Of a stretch of 64,000 nt of DNA, positions 35,301 through 44,510 are shown piece by piece. The stretch comes from an uncultured Verrucomicrobiota bacterium. GTDB taxonomy: Bacteria; Verrucomicrobiota; Verrucomicrobiia; Limisphaerales; J093. The DNA is taken from assembly GCA_964411985.1 (NCBI GenBank), contig CAYPNF010000016.1, forward strand, positions 26,725-90,724. Reading direction: 5' to 3'. Under the pieces are notes generated by a model. That model ran no database searches. It was not told where the DNA came from and saw nothing but the letters and a program-made list of their open reading frames with translations. The position numbers and the translations under genes are program-made. Within the stretch, counting starts at the first letter, position 1, and the number at the start of each line of letters is the position of its first letter.

Positions 35301-36171
35301 GGCCTTCGCCGGGCAGTTGGTGAAGCTCGAAAAGAGCGGACGCTACTTGCTCCTCGCCGGCGATACCGATGGACGGGTCACCGAGTTGACCGGACTCGAC
35401 ACGCTGCGGCGTTTCGAAGGCTCGTGGGAACTGACCCCGGCCGACATCGCCCAAGCGGCCTCGGCACGGCAGGACTACGCCCGGCTCAAGGCCCGTGCCC
35501 AACGGCTGACCATCGCCCGCGGTCGCGGAGCCCTGGAGCTTGCCGAGCCAGTCACCCGAAACGTGGATGGGGGACGCAGCTTTTCGGTTCGGGCGGCGTA
35601 TGACGGCACCAACCTGTACCTTTCCTACGACGTCAAGAGCACGTCGGAATTGATCAACGCGATAACCGACCCGCAGATCATCTTCAAGGGGGGCAACCTC
35701 ATTGACCTCCAGATCGCTACAGACCACGGCGCCAAACCGGACCGCCAGCAACCCGCCGCGGGAGACGTGCGCCTGCTCGTGACTCGGCAACAGGACAAGG
35801 CGCTGGCCGTGCTTTTCCGGCCCAAGAGCGCAGCCCCGGCCAGCGAGCCGATCGTGCTGAAGTCACCGACGGGCGAGGAGAGCTTTGCGACGATCACCAC
35901 GACCGACCGGGTCAATCTGGATTACCGGCGAAAGGCTTCCGGCTTCACGGCTGTGGTGACCATTCCCCGCGATCTCATCGGCTGGACCCGGGCTGAGCCC
36001 GGCCGGCTCGTGACGATGGACGTGGGCTACTTGTTCGGTAACAGCACTGGCAACCGCTGCGCCCAGCGGGCCTACTGGTCCAACAACGGCCGCACCGCCA
36101 ACATCATTGACGACATCCCCAACGAAAGCCGGCTTGAGCCCGCACAGTGGGGCAACGCTTTGGTGGAGTAG
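32389..36171 (+). CDS. Giant secreted protein A: CBM9/DOMON-like N-module, FlgD-Ig-like domain, NHL/beta-propeller region, second CBM9-like C-module
   Basis: 1260 aa from ATG 32389, with signal peptide MKTSPVIVSLACGVAAFLSTLAPLTHA. The ORF is open to 32245, overlapping the GH28 gene. Modules: VQVDGRLGDWDLSG...YRIPWTTL; Ig-like FSYVLPQDGEASIALFNAEGQMVRHV...AGAYRWRG; NHL-like VYVANRGALQNVSVYSPEGRYLRSIG...GIAVDREGKLWVAE. Paralogue of 40579..44490. Confidence 0.8.
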   Translation: MKTSPVIVSLACGVAAFLSTLAPLTHAEEQGARARNKRLFIVPPPGPVQVDGRLGDWDLSGQIEIYASRESAAGQSASIAAMYDAEALYLSGDFRDPTPMMNQHDPRVNAEKAWDADAFQFRLVLDPKLPYPLHESSLDNPKPNPALCHMLLWYYTDRKEPCLHLQYGMTYSPPKAGYPQGVVPSDQFQAAYRKSDDGLGYTFEYRIPWTTLQASVPPKAGDALGAAIQIQWGSPDGLTSSGGGWAMDLMATAGFSFQSTACWGRALFTVAGNLPPVAREPSGGGAAIEPPQPLTFSYVLPQDGEASIALFNAEGQMVRHVIAQASRRAGANRDPWDGLDELGSPLPAGAYRWRGIVHEPIRTRHLLSVHNSGMPPYATPDGTGAWGADHGRPSTVCTAGEHMILAWDGGEAGWSILRTDLQGRKQWGIKTGALFLATDGNERLFASGGGGFHDGQGVECFSLRDGRPLNFGNGKPKIDESAGGDRRQRAVTGLAYAGGKLFAAYAHRNLLCRYDATSGVLEESWNVPEVRALAAGPGGILFALSAGRVVVMAAGQTSPFASVHLDEPVSLAVDTAGAVYVANRGALQNVSVYSPEGRYLRSIGKAGGRPPVGPYQPEGMYRPGGIAVDREGKLWVAEIEDSPKRFSVWNLQSGALHTEFFGASQYATFVSMDPQREDEVYCHQTVWKVDLDRGTWRPASTMWRATQPNMIAAALESTRVLTAKNGGQFAWGRANYSQILYRRDGDVFKPIVAGMIVAKGNPYIQWPPYPLMADQSRWPNGVYLWQDANDDQTIQEKEVVKSPVPRGESFCRWVDTDLNLYCENGAVFRPTRTTTDGRPIYDLTQPDRVPVTANGGFGGIVADPADQAFYLIKNDGDGDAQFPGWGRYSMNGMLVWGYRSALSWNAALGRPVAKAGQIWGITSPLGVAGDITGVASYFGTFHLMTRDGLYVAQLFKDQRLGETGPEVINAEAFAGQLVKLEKSGRYLLLAGDTDGRVTELTGLDTLRRFEGSWELTPADIAQAASARQDYARLKARAQRLTIARGRGALELAEPVTRNVDGGRSFSVRAAYDGTNLYLSYDVKSTSELINAITDPQIIFKGGNLIDLQIATDHGAKPDRQQPAAGDVRLLVTRQQDKALAVLFRPKSAAPASEPIVLKSPTGEESFATITTTDRVNLDYRRKASGFTAVVTIPRDLIGWTRAEPGRLVTMDVGYLFGNSTGNRCAQRAYWSNNGRTANIIDDIPNESRLEPAQWGNALVE

Positions 36172-36216
36172 GCCCCGCCGTTTCCATAGACGCAACCTCC
36201 TCCACACACAGCGCTC

Positions 36217-36759
36217 ATGACAACCAATCGCCTACGCATCCTCACCCTCGTCCTCTCGCTTCTTGCAAGCGCCTTCATGGCTCGAGCCGAGAACCCCGCA
36301 GACTTCACCGTCGACTCCGCAGTGGATGGCTCTCAATTCCAGCTATCCAAGCAGCGCGGCAAGGTGGTCGTGCTCCACTTCCTCCTGAAAACGGAGTGCC
36401 CGTTCTGCCTTAAGCACACGCACGACTATGCTGCGCTCGCGGCAACCACACCGGAGGTCGTCCACGTCTTCCTCAAGCCGGACAGCGTTGCCGAAATCAA
36501 GGCCTGGACCGGGAAACTCAGCAAAGACGATCTGAAAGAACTGCCCCGGATCTATCGCGACCCGGACGCCAAGCTGGCGACGCAATATGGCATCCCCGAC
36601 GGCTACGCGTTCCACGGGCAGACCGTTCATTTCCCGGGGTTGGTCGCGCTCGATGCCAAGGGCAAGGAACTATTCCGCTACGTTGGCAAGAACAACAGCG
36701 ACCGGATGAAGCCCAAGGACTTTACGGTAAAGTTGGCCGGGGCGACGACGAAACGATAA
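36217..36759 (+). CDS. Secreted thioredoxin-fold redoxin (AhpC/TSA-like) with CPFC
   Basis: Signal peptide MTTNRLRILTLVLSLLASAFMARA. The block KVVVLHFLLKTECPFCLKHTHDY is a CxxC redox motif in a peroxiredoxin-like context. Confidence 0.75.
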   Translation: MTTNRLRILTLVLSLLASAFMARAENPADFTVDSAVDGSQFQLSKQRGKVVVLHFLLKTECPFCLKHTHDYAALAATTPEVVHVFLKPDSVAEIKAWTGKLSKDDLKELPRIYRDPDAKLATQYGIPDGYAFHGQTVHFPGLVALDAKGKELFRYVGKNNSDRMKPKDFTVKLAGATTKR

Positions 36760-36809
36760 CCGTCGGGAAGCAGAAGTCCCCCCTCACGCACTACAGAAAA
36801 GACTCAAGC

Positions 36810-39800
36810 ATGAAAAACAAACCCCTTCTCTTAGGCGCTTTCGCAACGCTTGCCCTCATCACCTCGTCGCTCGCCGATGTGCTCATTCCCTACTCCGTGC
36901 CTCGCGATGGGCGCACCTCGCTCGCGATTTACGACCAGGAAGGACGCATGGTGCGCACGCTTCTCACAGGCAAACCGCTGGCGAAGGGCGAACACACCGC
37001 GACCTGGGACGGACTCGACCGCTACGGCCGCGCGCTTTCTGTCGGCGAATACACCTGGAAGCAGCTCACGACGGAAGGGCTGCGCGCGGAGTTCATCACC
37101 CAAGTAGGGCAGAACACCGATCCCGCCTGGGAGAAAGCCACTGGCAATCATCAATCGCCGAATGCAGCCGCGATGGATGCCACGGGCCTTTACCGGCAGG
37201 GCTCGGTCAACGAGGGGGGGCATTGGGGTGTGAAAACCGATCTGAACGGGCGAACCCTCTGGGTGAGCGACCGCAACCAGGCCGATCCGTATATGGGCGG
37301 CGGCGAGGCCCTGACCCTCGTGAACGGGCGGCTGTTTGAACTGATGCGGGATGGAACCGTGTATGGCTCGGATGCCACAACGGGCCACGTTCTCACCGGC
37401 AGTGACACGCAGCCCAAGCCATGGAATCTCCGCTGGGGATCCTTCGTGGCCCCGGCTGGGACATCCGACGACGCTCGGCGCAAGCGCAGCATCGAGGAAC
37501 GCCCGCACGACTTGGCCGGCGATGCCGCCAACGGTCTGCTGGTGGCTGCGTATCCGCAGCATGACTCCATCGCCTGGTTTGACGCCCGGGACGGTCGGCA
37601 GGTCGACCAGGCTGAAGGTCTCCAGGGGCTGGCGGGAATTGCGGTGGCGCCCGACGGCACCGTGCATGCCATTGTGGAGGGTCGCGTGATATCTCTCAGC
37701 CGCAAGGACAAGACGCCGCGCGTCGTCATTCCTGCAGACCGGCTGGAAAGCCCCTGGCGCTTGGCGGTCAGCCCGAAGACGGGCGACCTCTTCGTGGCGG
37801 AGAACAGCGACTTGGCGAAAGGCACCGCGGTGGCGGCGGTGCCTGACGTCGCCGATGGCAAGACACCGAACATGGCGGAAGGCGTCAAGATCACATCCGC
37901 ACCAAGGGAAAGCCATCACCAGGTGAAGCGCTTCACGTCGGACGGCCAGTTCGTGAAGGCCTTTGGCCGACCCCAAGGCCGGGGGGACGGAGCCTATGTG
38001 GCGACGGATTTCCGCGGGCTGACCGACATCGAAGCCGATGCCGAGGGCGGGTTCGTGGCGACGGAAGGAAACCACACGCCACCCCGGCGCACTGCGCGTT
38101 TTGCTGCGGACGGCAAGCTGTTGCGCGAGTGGTTTGGCGCGCAGCACTATGGTGTCATCGCCTGTCCCGAACCCGATAATCCGCGTTTTGTCTGGACACG
38201 GGCGAACGCCGATCTCCCCGGTTTGCTGCGATGGGAGGTGGATTACGTGAAGAAGACGTGCCGGCTGGCAGAAACCTACCAGGATTCGTTCGCCCATAAC
38301 CGCTTTTTCCGGAATAACAGCTCCCATGGCTCCGCCGTTCCCACCGTCTTCCAACACCAAGGACGCATTTACATCTACAACGGCGGCATGAGTTCCCTGA
38401 CACTTTACCTGTACGACCGGGTCACGAAACGGGTGCGAGCCAGCAATGCCAGCGGCGGATCCGACGGCCGCGCCATGATCTGGAACGACCTGAACGACGA
38501 TGGACAGGTATCGGAAGACGAGCTTGTGCAACTCAACCGCAATGTGGTGGGCGGCTACATGGATCCCGCCGACCTCTCCCTGCGCACCACGCCGTTTGGA
38601 ACGCGCTCTCAGGCCGGCCATCACCTCACGCCCGTTCGACTCACTACGGGAGGCACTCCGGTCTATGCCTGGAGCGGAGCAACCAAAGTCAAGGCATGGA
38701 TAGAGAATGGGCGAGAGCATCATCCGCTGGATTTTCGCCACGCGGCGGACGGAAGTTGGTATGGAACCATTTCCGACAGCCTCAGCAACCCCAACGAGGG
38801 CACGGAAAACCACGGTGCCTGGTATTACAACTCGTGCTCCGCCTTTGATCGACTCGTGAAATGGGACAAGCATGGGAACCCCCTCTGGAGCGTCGGCAAG
38901 CACAGCTCCGACGACGACCACGAACTCGGAACAACTGCGATGTCTCGCGGCCTGGTCGGGTTCACCCATGACTGCATCGTCTGGGCCGATGCTTCCGACG
39001 AGGAGTCTGCCCGGCCCAGTGTCTGGACCGAGGACGGCCTCTTTGTGGACGAGTTGCTGCGCGTCCCGATCGACAACCTGCGTAAGGAGGAATACGGGGA
39101 AGAGAATACCAATGAGTATCCGACGGGGCACCTCGCCACGGATCCCAAAACGGGCGACACCTATTTCTACGCGCTCAACTCGACCGGGGGCTCGCCTATT
39201 TACCGCATCAGCGGCTGGAACGGCTGGCACCGGGCCAGCGGCAAGATTAGGCTGGCGGCCGCCGCCACCCAACTGGCCAAGCGCGATGGCACCGGCCTGA
39301 AGGGCGAATACTTCAACACGCCCGACTGCACGGGCGAGCCGGTCTTGACGCGCACCGATCCGCTGGTGTTCTTCTATTGGTTCGCAAAGAAGGACGGCTG
39401 GCCCAAGGGCATCAACCCGCAGAGCTTCTCCTGCCGCTGGACCGGCCACATCGAGGCACCCACAACCGAGCTATACCGCTTTGTGTGGGAATCCTATGCC
39501 CCGTGGCGGGGGGAAGGCTGGGGCACTCCCGGTCGCCAGCGGTGGTTGAAGCTCTGGATCGGGGGCAATCTCATCCTGGACACCGGCGCAGGTCTTTACC
39601 GGGAAACCACGTTCGGCCTGCCTCAAGCCCAAGGTATCTACGCCGCACTGCCGCTCCAGGCAGGCGAACGCTACGACCTGCGCCTCGAGGCCGGCTTCGC
39701 CACCAACGCCGTCGCCCGCTTCTGCTGGGAAACCCCCGGCCTGGACCGCCGCGCGATCCTGCCCGAGTTCCTGCATCCCGAGCCCGGCCCAAGACGGAAG

Positions 39801-40433
39801 CTCGACATCCCGAGCGAACAGCGCCCCGAGGTCATCGCCGACTTCGGCTTCGAGGAGAAAAGTGGCGTGCTGTCGCGGAGCCGAGCCGGAGGTGACGTCT
39901 TTGGCCGCCTCACAGGCACCAGCCGACGCGTGCCAGGAAAGAGAGGCCGCGCGATCGAGCTGGAGGCCAAGGGCGAGTTTGGGCCCGCCCTATTCCCCAT
40001 TGATGAAGAGCTTCGGCTGCCTGACACCGACTACACCGTCGCCTTCTGGTTCAGAACCACCGCCAAGGACGTGCGCCTGTGCGAAGCCAAACGCTACTCC
40101 AGTTACAACAACCGCTGGAGTGACCACGTTGTCCGACTCGAAGGAGGCAAGGTGCAGTTCCAACTCCAAGGCGACCAGGCCCTCGAAACACCCGGCGCCT
40201 TCCACGATGGTCAGTGGCACCATGTGGTCACCACCGTTGGCACGGGCGGGCAGCGTCTGCACGTGGACGGCAAGCTCATCGCCACCGGCAAGCTCACCCA
40301 ACGCACCAAGACCAGCAACCGCCTCGGCCTGGACCTCGGGCCCGGAAGCGGAAACGCCATGGTGGCAATCGACGAATTCAGGGTCTTTGGGCGCAGTCTC
40401 AACAGCATCGAGATCACCAAACTGGCGAAGTAA
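36810..40433 (+). CDS. Giant secreted protein B: FlgD-Ig-like domain, beta-propeller region, PA14 domain, LamG/concanavalin-like C-terminal domain
   Basis: 1207 aa with a signal peptide. Ig-like: IPYSVPRDGRTSLAIYDQEGRMVRTL...VGEYTWK. PA14: GLKGEYFNTPDCTGEPVLTRTDPLVFFYW...FSCRWTGHIEAPTTELYRF. LamG: YTVAFWFRT...DGQWHHVVTT...LHVDGKLIATG...IDEFRVFGRSL. Confidence 0.8.
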   Translation: MKNKPLLLGAFATLALITSSLADVLIPYSVPRDGRTSLAIYDQEGRMVRTLLTGKPLAKGEHTATWDGLDRYGRALSVGEYTWKQLTTEGLRAEFITQVGQNTDPAWEKATGNHQSPNAAAMDATGLYRQGSVNEGGHWGVKTDLNGRTLWVSDRNQADPYMGGGEALTLVNGRLFELMRDGTVYGSDATTGHVLTGSDTQPKPWNLRWGSFVAPAGTSDDARRKRSIEERPHDLAGDAANGLLVAAYPQHDSIAWFDARDGRQVDQAEGLQGLAGIAVAPDGTVHAIVEGRVISLSRKDKTPRVVIPADRLESPWRLAVSPKTGDLFVAENSDLAKGTAVAAVPDVADGKTPNMAEGVKITSAPRESHHQVKRFTSDGQFVKAFGRPQGRGDGAYVATDFRGLTDIEADAEGGFVATEGNHTPPRRTARFAADGKLLREWFGAQHYGVIACPEPDNPRFVWTRANADLPGLLRWEVDYVKKTCRLAETYQDSFAHNRFFRNNSSHGSAVPTVFQHQGRIYIYNGGMSSLTLYLYDRVTKRVRASNASGGSDGRAMIWNDLNDDGQVSEDELVQLNRNVVGGYMDPADLSLRTTPFGTRSQAGHHLTPVRLTTGGTPVYAWSGATKVKAWIENGREHHPLDFRHAADGSWYGTISDSLSNPNEGTENHGAWYYNSCSAFDRLVKWDKHGNPLWSVGKHSSDDDHELGTTAMSRGLVGFTHDCIVWADASDEESARPSVWTEDGLFVDELLRVPIDNLRKEEYGEENTNEYPTGHLATDPKTGDTYFYALNSTGGSPIYRISGWNGWHRASGKIRLAAAATQLAKRDGTGLKGEYFNTPDCTGEPVLTRTDPLVFFYWFAKKDGWPKGINPQSFSCRWTGHIEAPTTELYRFVWESYAPWRGEGWGTPGRQRWLKLWIGGNLILDTGAGLYRETTFGLPQAQGIYAALPLQAGERYDLRLEAGFATNAVARFCWETPGLDRRAILPEFLHPEPGPRRKLDIPSEQRPEVIADFGFEEKSGVLSRSRAGGDVFGRLTGTSRRVPGKRGRAIELEAKGEFGPALFPIDEELRLPDTDYTVAFWFRTTAKDVRLCEAKRYSSYNNRWSDHVVRLEGGKVQFQLQGDQALETPGAFHDGQWHHVVTTVGTGGQRLHVDGKLIATGKLTQRTKTSNRLGLDLGPGSGNAMVAIDEFRVFGRSLNSIEITKLAK

Positions 40434-40443
40434 GAGCAAACGT

Positions 40444-40574
40444 CTTTGGGGTCACATCGACACCTTCTAGATTTGGCATACCCTTTCCATCGTTCGTAAT
40501 GGTCTGCACATGCCCGGAGACCACCCCAACACTTACACGTCGTCAACTGTTGACTATCGAGATGCCCCCTAAGG
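40444..40574. repeat. ~130-bp repeat element, copy A (decayed terminal inverted repeats), filling the convergent intergenic gap
   Basis: Aligns over its full length with 44511-44640 in the same orientation; roughly four in five positions are identical by eye. The shared core is TTCCATCGTTCGTAATGGTCTGCACATG(C/G)CCGGAGAC. Confidence 0.85.
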
Positions 40575-40578
40575 CGCA

Positions 40579-43500
40579 TTATTTGGTAAAAGTCAGTTCG
40601 CCCCAGTGTTTCGGTTCCAGCATGAGTTCGAAAACCGCATCGTCAGTGATGCCGGTATGCTGGTTGCTCCAGTAGGAGCGAAGACGGGTGCGCTGGCCGG
40701 CAGGGTCACCAAAGGTCACGCCGAAATCGCCGTGCAACACCTGTCCATCGGCCGGTTTCAATTCCAGCGTGGCCAACGGAATGGCGGCTTCCACCACGTA
40801 ACCATCGCCGCGGCGGGTGACCTTGATCCGGGCGGATTCCAGCACTTCCACGCTGTCCACCGTGTATTCCCTGATCACGCCCGATGAGAAGATTCGGGGA
40901 TGTTTGGCGGTGGCCACCGGTCGATAGAGAACGGCGGTGGCGGTGCCTTTGAAATTGCCAATGGACAAGCGTGCGTCGTGGAGGACGGCTTTATCGCGTT
41001 GGGCATCGGCCTGGGGATCGGTGCCCAGTTGGAAATCAACCGTATCGCCGCTGAGATAAAGATTCTCCGGTTGTTCGGCACCGTTGACCCAGGGTGTTTT
41101 GTCGGACACCTCCCAGGCCAGATAGAGGGTCTCCTGATCCCAGGCGGCGGCGCTGCGGGCGGCGGTGCCATTGGCCTTTTCGTAACGAACGATCTGCGCG
41201 GAGGCGAAATCCAGTTCGATATGGCCGGTGAACCGGGGTGTGGATTGGCGGACCGTCAGGCGGCGGGTTCCGGCGGCGCTTTGCAGCTGCTGATCGCGGA
41301 GGGTGCGGGCGCGAACGATGTCGGCGGCGGAAACAAGGATGGTTTTACCGGTGAGTTCCTGCACCGTGTCCAGGCCTGTGACTTCCAGGTTCCAGAAAGC
41401 GGTTTTACCGGCCTGGATATAAAGCTTGCCATCGGCGCCATGGGTGATGCTGCCGCCAAAATCTTCGCCTCCCATGCCAGGCGGACAATGGGACATGTCG
41501 GCGCCGGGAACCGCCTGCGCAGGCCATTGGACCTTCATTGGATCGCCCTCGAACAACTGGGTCAGATAGAACCCGGATTCGGTGAGGATGTGCCATTCAC
41601 CCATGTTCGAGGCGATGACCCAAACGTTACCAATAGGCCTGGGCAGCTGGGCCGCGCCGCAGGGGCCATAGGATCCGCGTATCATCCCGACCACGGGCGG
41701 GCAGGCATTATGAGAGCCATGCACCCCGTTGAAATTATCGGGATACGCCCAGAGCGTCTGGCCGGTGGCCATATCGGCACAAGTAAACACGGTGTGCGTT
41801 TCCGCATATTCACCGCCACGTATCACGACGCGCCCATCGACATTGCCGAATCCAGCAAACGGCATGCTTGCGGGTGCGGTCAGATCGTATTTCGGCGCGC
41901 CGCACGCGGTGAACCCGGTGAGCTTGAACTGGCTGGTGCCACAATAGAAAGAGAGGTCCGGACCCAGGTTCATATACCAGCCGCTCAAGCGCAGTTCGCC
42001 ATCGGCGCCGGAGATCTCATCGGGTTGACGCAGGCCGTCGCCATTGGCATCGGCCCAGACCATGGTGCGCGTAGCTTTGATCTTTTGACCCTGATCGGTG
42101 AGGGGCATTTCCTGTCCGTTTTGATCGACATAGTAGATCACCGTACGGAGCTGATACGTCGCATCGCCGAGGCGTTCGAAGATTTTCAACGGACCCAGGT
42201 TGAACGCCCAGTTGCCTGCTGCCGCCAGGTAGACCCGTCCGTTGGAGCCCCTGACGAAGCGGGCTGTCTCCATGCCATCCCGGGTAATGACGGCGGTGCA
42301 GCGGGCGAGACCCGTCTGCGGGTCGATCCGCCATTCGCATCCCTGGCCGACCATCACATTGGGATCGGTTGGGCAAATGGTGCCGCCCAGTGCTCCATAG
42401 CTGGTGGGGCCGAAGAACTCCTTGATGAGCTGGCCGGACTGGGGATTCCAGACACTCATGCGTTTGGGGAAACCGTCGGCTTCTGCGACCCAGAGCTGAC
42501 CTGCGGCGTCAATGGCCAGGCTTGAAATGGCGCGAAAACCTTCGGGCTGCCACGCGCCGAGCGGGCGACGTCCACCGGGCAGTCCTATGGTTTTCTCGAG
42601 CTTCCATTTGGCGCCGCTGCTGTCATATTCCACATGGGAGAAAACCAGCACCTGGTTATCGGGTTCACGGGTGCCCACATAAATGCGTCCGTCCTTATCA
42701 GCGGCAATGGCAGCCGCGTTGGTTACGGCCGCGATTTCTTTGGACGATATGTGAGGAAAGGCGCGTGTGCCAAAATCGGCCACCACGGACTGGCCATTGG
42801 AACTGAGGCCGCACAGCGCCATGTCGAATCGATGTACCGAAGCCATCGCGCCCGGGGCAGTGCGTGGCATCTGGTGAATCAGCTTGCCGCTATCCGCATC
42901 CAGCACCGCCACAACATGATCGCCGGCAAAGCTGACGTAAAGTTTTCCCTCGCGAGCCGTGATGGCACTGGCTTTCATCGGTTTGGAGGCGGCATTTGTG
43001 GGCCAGAGAGCTTTGAGATCCAGGTCCGCGGCCCCGGTGCCACCCCATTTCAGGTAGCTGCCATCTTTGGTGTTCAGTTTGTAAAGGGTGTCCCCTGAGT
43101 CGTTGGCTGAAACTCCGCCCATCACATAAAGCACGCCTGCCTCGGCCGCGAGCGCCTTGGCGCCCGCCATGCCACCCCGGTTGTTGGCCCACTGAACGCG
43201 CCCCTGCAAGTCGCAAGCCAGCACCGATTTGCCGGCCTCGGCGAAAGACCAACCCAGATACACCAATCGGTCATCGGCCGCCACCGCAATGGGGAGCCCG
43301 TGATCGCCGCCCCAGTTGCCACGACCGTCCGGGCTGTCCCAGGGGGCCGACCCGGCGTTGCAGGCCCAGCCACGGAGTTTCAGGCCGATCTCTTGGCGAA
43401 CCAATGCCGTCCAGGAATATTCACCGGGAACAACGGGATCGCCCGGTTTAAGCCAGGACCAGTTGGAAAGCGCGTCCCACTTTACGGTTTGTTCGCCCTG

Positions 43501-44490
43501 GGGAAAGGCAGCAGCATTGAGGAACTGCCGCACCACCTGGCCCTGGGCATTTTTGATATTCAGAGAAACATAGCCGTCGAACGGCATGGTGAACGTGATG
43601 GGAATAATGCCCGGACGTTCCTGGGTTTTGACCAGGCCGGTCCAATCCACCACGGGAAGCCCCTGTTCCATGCGGGTGGCAAATTCACGGCTATCGGCCA
43701 AGCGCACCGGTTGGGGTTTGACGTGTCCCTGGGGTTCGAGCGTGGCGACGCCCCAGCATTGTGAAGCCATAAAGGCAAATATTCGATCCGGCGTGACCCC
43801 GGGCTTGAACAGATCCTTCAGGGTAAACCGACCTTTGGCGCCCAGCGTGAAGTTGGGTTCAAAGGTCAAAACCAGCGAATCACCTGCCTTGAGCGGTTGC
43901 CCATCGCGAGTCAATAACTTCCAGGGAATGGCCATCTCCTGGCTGTAACCTTTTCCATCGGGATTAACGGTGAACGCCTGTTGGGCAAGGTCGGTGGACT
44001 TGGCATCCTTGATGACGCCTTCCTTGAAATCCGTGCCTTGCTCCACTTTAACGACATCCAGGCCGTCGACGCCTTTCCAGCAGGTGAAATGCTGGCCGCG
44101 TTCCCGGGGTGTGCCCGGCCAGGAAATGGTGCGGAACTGAAGGCAGTCGCCGGCAAATCCGTGATCGGCAATGGTTTGACCGGGATTGTTCAGAGGCGTC
44201 TCATCCACCCACCGGGCCAGCACATAGAAATTCTCCGCATCATACATGGAGTGCAGCCAGATGGCGTATTTGGAGAGCTGCGTTTCCACTTCGTCGCAGG
44301 TGAAAATGCCGCCGGACAGGTCCCAGTCGCTGGTTTTGCCATCCACAGCCACAACGCCCGGAGCGGGCAGAGCGCGAAGGCCCAGGTTTTCAGTCTGCGT
44401 GGCTCGGGTGTTTACCGCGAACGCCAGGCACACCATCGTTAATCCTGTTTGGATAAAGGAATGAACCCGACAATTGAACGATTTAAACAT
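40579..44490 (-). CDS. Giant secreted protein C, paralogue of protein A (CBM9/DOMON-like, FlgD-Ig-like, beta-propeller, CBM9-like)
   Basis: 1303 aa. Signal-like N-terminus ...GLTMVCLAFAVNTRA. Modules: VAVDGKTSDWDLSG...EMAIPWKLL; ITFTMPFDGYVSLNIKNAQGQVVRQF...PGEYSWT. The C-terminal module YLAWEVSD...AAIPLATLELKP...RSYWSN parallels protein A (YLSYDVKS...RAYWSN). Confidence 0.8.
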   Translation of the reverse strand: MFKSFNCRVHSFIQTGLTMVCLAFAVNTRATQTENLGLRALPAPGVVAVDGKTSDWDLSGGIFTCDEVETQLSKYAIWLHSMYDAENFYVLARWVDETPLNNPGQTIADHGFAGDCLQFRTISWPGTPRERGQHFTCWKGVDGLDVVKVEQGTDFKEGVIKDAKSTDLAQQAFTVNPDGKGYSQEMAIPWKLLTRDGQPLKAGDSLVLTFEPNFTLGAKGRFTLKDLFKPGVTPDRIFAFMASQCWGVATLEPQGHVKPQPVRLADSREFATRMEQGLPVVDWTGLVKTQERPGIIPITFTMPFDGYVSLNIKNAQGQVVRQFLNAAAFPQGEQTVKWDALSNWSWLKPGDPVVPGEYSWTALVRQEIGLKLRGWACNAGSAPWDSPDGRGNWGGDHGLPIAVAADDRLVYLGWSFAEAGKSVLACDLQGRVQWANNRGGMAGAKALAAEAGVLYVMGGVSANDSGDTLYKLNTKDGSYLKWGGTGAADLDLKALWPTNAASKPMKASAITAREGKLYVSFAGDHVVAVLDADSGKLIHQMPRTAPGAMASVHRFDMALCGLSSNGQSVVADFGTRAFPHISSKEIAAVTNAAAIAADKDGRIYVGTREPDNQVLVFSHVEYDSSGAKWKLEKTIGLPGGRRPLGAWQPEGFRAISSLAIDAAGQLWVAEADGFPKRMSVWNPQSGQLIKEFFGPTSYGALGGTICPTDPNVMVGQGCEWRIDPQTGLARCTAVITRDGMETARFVRGSNGRVYLAAAGNWAFNLGPLKIFERLGDATYQLRTVIYYVDQNGQEMPLTDQGQKIKATRTMVWADANGDGLRQPDEISGADGELRLSGWYMNLGPDLSFYCGTSQFKLTGFTACGAPKYDLTAPASMPFAGFGNVDGRVVIRGGEYAETHTVFTCADMATGQTLWAYPDNFNGVHGSHNACPPVVGMIRGSYGPCGAAQLPRPIGNVWVIASNMGEWHILTESGFYLTQLFEGDPMKVQWPAQAVPGADMSHCPPGMGGEDFGGSITHGADGKLYIQAGKTAFWNLEVTGLDTVQELTGKTILVSAADIVRARTLRDQQLQSAAGTRRLTVRQSTPRFTGHIELDFASAQIVRYEKANGTAARSAAAWDQETLYLAWEVSDKTPWVNGAEQPENLYLSGDTVDFQLGTDPQADAQRDKAVLHDARLSIGNFKGTATAVLYRPVATAKHPRIFSSGVIREYTVDSVEVLESARIKVTRRGDGYVVEAAIPLATLELKPADGQVLHGDFGVTFGDPAGQRTRLRSYWSNQHTGITDDAVFELMLEPKHWGELTFTK

Positions 44491-44510
44491 GCATGAAATG
44501 GAATAAACAC

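Noticed and set aside
36831-39449. 872-aa ORF on the - strand
   Set aside because: It is antisense to giant protein B, which has signal-peptide, PA14 and LamG motifs. This is a mirror-frame artefact.
40900-42525. 541-aa ORF on the + strand
   Set aside because: It is antisense to giant protein C. There is no start context, and the translation is Gly/Ala/Arg-rich.
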